Below the pieces are notes generated by a model that did not search any database, had not been told where the DNA came from, and was given only the letters and a program-made list of their open reading frames with translations. Both the position numbers and the translations under genes were made by a program. This document shows, one piece after another, positions 43,431 to 45,712 of a stretch of DNA of 45,712 nt. Source of the DNA: Eledone cirrhosa (lineage: Eukaryota); contig CAXHJY010001698.1 in the NCBI GenBank assembly GCA_964016885.1, positions 1-45,712 on the forward strand, written 5' to 3'. Within the stretch, counting starts at the first letter, position 1; the number at the start of each line of letters is the position of its first letter.

Positions 43431-44419
43431 TTTAGTACCAGTGATAGTTTATTTAGTACAAGTGATAGTTTATTTAGTACCGGTGATAGTTTATTTAGTA
43501 CCAGTGATAGTTTATTTAGTAACAGTGATAGTTTATTTAGTACCGGTGATAGTTTATTTAGTACCAGTGATAGTTTATTTAGTACCAGTGATAGTTTATT
43601 TAGTACCAGTGATAGTTTATTTAGTACCAGTGATATTTTATTTAGCACCAGTGATAGTTTATTTAGCACCAGTGATGGGTTATGTAGCACCAGTTATCGT
43701 TTATTTAGTACCAGTAATAGTTTATTTAGCACCAGTAATAGTTTTTTTAGCACCAGCAATAGTTTATTTAGTACCAGTAATAGTTTATTTAGCACCAGTA
43801 ATAGTTTATTTAGCACCAGTAATAGTTTATTTAGTACAAGTGATAGTTTATTTACTACCGGTGATAGTTTATTTAGTACCAGTGATAGTTTATTTAGCAC
43901 CAGTGATAGTTTATTTAGTACCAGTGATAGTTTATTTAGTACCAGTGATAGTTTATTTAGCACAAAGTGATAGTTTATTTAGTACCAGTGATAGTTTATT
44001 TAGTACCAGTAATAGTTTATTTAGTACCAGTGATAGTTTATTTAGCACAAAGTGATAGTTTATTTAGTACCAGTGATAGTTTATTTAGTACCAGTGATAG
44101 TTTATTTAGTACCGGTGATGGTTTATTTAGCACCAGTGATAGTTTATTTAGTACCAGTGATAGTTTATTTAGTACAAGTGATAGTTTATTTAGTACCGGT
44201 GATAGTTTATTTAGTACCAGTGATAGTTTATTTAGCACCAGTGATAGTTTATTTAGCACCAGTGATAGTTTATTTAGTACCAGTGATAGTTTATTTACTA
44301 CCAGTGATAGTTTATTTAGCACAAAGTGATAGTTTATTTAGTACCAGTGATAGTTTATTTAGTACCAGTAATAGTTTATTTAGTACCAGTGATAGTTTAT
44401 TTAGCACAAAGTGATAGTT

Positions 44420-45712
44420 TATTTAGTACCAGTGATAGTTTATTTAGTACCAGTGATAGTTTATTTAGCACAAAGTGATAGTTTATTTAGTACCAGTGAT
44501 AGTTTATTTAGTACCAGTAATAGTTTATTTAGTACCAGTGATAGTTTATTTAGCACAAAGTGATAGTTTATTTAGTACCAGTGATAGTTTATTTAGTACC
44601 AGTGATAGTTTATTTAGTACCGATGATGGTTTATTTAGCACCAGTGATAGTTTATTTAGTACCAGTGATAGTTTATTTAGTACAAGTGATAGTTTATTTA
44701 GTACCGGTGATAGTTGATTTAGTACCAGTGATAGTTTATTTAGTACCAGTGATAGTTTATTTAGTACCGGTGATAGTTTATTTAGTACCAGTGATAGTTT
44801 ATTTAGTACCAGTGATAGTTTATTTAGTACCAGTGATAGTTTATTTAGTACCAGTGATATTTTATTTAGCACCAGTGATAGTTTAATTAGCACCAGTGAT
44901 GGGTTATTTAGCACCAGTTATCGTTTATTTAGTACCAGTAATAGTTTATTTAGCACCAGTAATAGTTTATTTAGCACCAGTGATAGTTTATTTAGCACCA
45001 GTAATAGTTTATTTAGAACCAGTGATAGTTTATTTAGCACAAAGTGATAGTTTATTTAGTACCAGTGATAGTTTATTTAGTACCAGTGATAGTTTATTTA
45101 ATACCGGTGATAGTTTATTTAGCACCAGTGATAGTTTATTTAGTACCAGTGATAGTTTATTTAGCTCTAGAGATGGTTTATTGTGCACCAGTGATAGTTT
45201 ATTCAGCACCAGTAATAGTTTATTTAACACCAGTAATAGTTTATTTAGTACCAGTGATAGTTTATTTAGCAGAAAGTGATAGTTTATTTAGTACCAGTGA
45301 TAGTTTATTTAGCACAAAATGATAGTTTATTTAGTACCAGTGATCGTTTATTTAGTACCAGTAATAGTTTATTTAGTACCAGTAATAGTTTATTTAGTAC
45401 CAGTAATAGTTTATTTAGCACCAGTAATAGTTTATTTAGTACCAGTGATAGTTTATTTAGCACAAAGTGATAGTTTATTTAGTACCAGTGATAGTTTATT
45501 TAGTACCAGTGATAGTTTATTTAATACCGGTGATAGTTTATTTAGCACCAGTGATAGTTTATTCAGCACCAGTAATAGTTTATTTAGCACCAGTAATAGT
45601 TTATTTAGCACCAGTGATGGTTTATTTAGCACCAGTGATCCTTTATTTAGTACCAGTAATAGATTATTTAGCACCAGTAATAGTTTATTTAGCACAAGTG
45701 ATGGTTTATTTA
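44420..45712 (+). repeat. Distant copy of about 36810-38104 (offset 7608 bp), running off the window end
   Basis: Private markers ACCGATGATG (37011/44619), GCTCTAGAGATGGTTTATTGTGC, CAGAAAGT (37662/45270), CACAAAATG (37705/45313) and AATAGATTATT recur at offset 7608. Confidence 0.92.

Larger units (their letters stand above)
1..45712 (+). repeat. Satellite / minisatellite array of 21-bp monomer YACCAGTGATAGTTTATTTAG, about 2,175 copies, truncated by both window edges
   Basis: Positions 1-21 read CACCAGTGATAGTTTATTTAG and 22-42 read TACCAGTGATGGTTAATTTAG; the unit continues to 45712. Most monomers differ from consensus at 0-3 positions, with occasional 20-, 22- and 23-bp length variants. Consensus GC is 6-7 of 21. 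Confidence 0.99.

Noticed and set aside
1-45712. CRISPR array
   Set aside because: The repeats abut directly with no unique spacers, and there is no leader or cas gene.
1-45712. Telomerase-made telomeric repeat (TTTAG resembles TTTAGGG/TTAGG; some yeasts have 20-25-bp units)
   Set aside because: There is no G-rich strand or G-run. Variants are inherited in kilobase blocks, which points to recombination rather than templated addition. A subtelomeric location remains possible.
1-45712. Plasmid iterons, or a known 21-bp repeat such as Plasmodium falciparum rep20
   Set aside because: Iteron clusters have few copies next to a rep gene. The shared length with rep20 is not evidence, and I do not recognise a sequence match. 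A database search is needed.
1-45712. Pure sequencing or assembly artefact such as a rolling-circle concatemer
   Set aside because: Rare variants recur in consistent nested patterns, and copies carry private differences and whole-monomer indels. Exact copy numbers of the near-identical blocks still need confirmation from reads.
1-45712. Inversions, embedded transposons or unique islands
   Set aside because: I saw no reverse-orientation monomers (CTAAATAAACTATCACTGGT on +) and no non-repeat stretch while reading through. A very short insertion could have been missed by eye.

Overview
The whole 45.7 kb window is one uninterrupted head-to-tail tandem array of a 21-bp AT-rich monomer, consensus (C/T)ACCAGTGATAGTTTATTTAG. 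It holds about 2,175 copies (45712/21), all in one orientation, and runs off both ends of the window. I see no unique sequence, no credible gene, no RNA gene, no mobile element and no CRISPR spacers. The many ORFs exist because the monomer length is a multiple of 3 and three of the six frames are stop-free (LAPVIVY and FSTSDSL on +, LNKLSLV on -). The real information is the order of variant monomers, which forms nested higher-order repeats (periods about 588, 1512, 2205, 2404, 2545-2547, 3006, 7608 and 13144 bp) in two sub-domains that switch near 23.6-24.9 kb. The most notable extra observations are that the common substitutions are nearly all CpA/TpG<->TpA, and that the minus-strand frame spells the LRR core motif LxxLxLxxNxL. 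The best reading is satellite DNA, probably eukaryotic (inference; the organism cannot be identified from this window). I cannot support a claim of a new gene system. Counts and boundaries were read by eye and from ORF-track offsets, so they are approximate.
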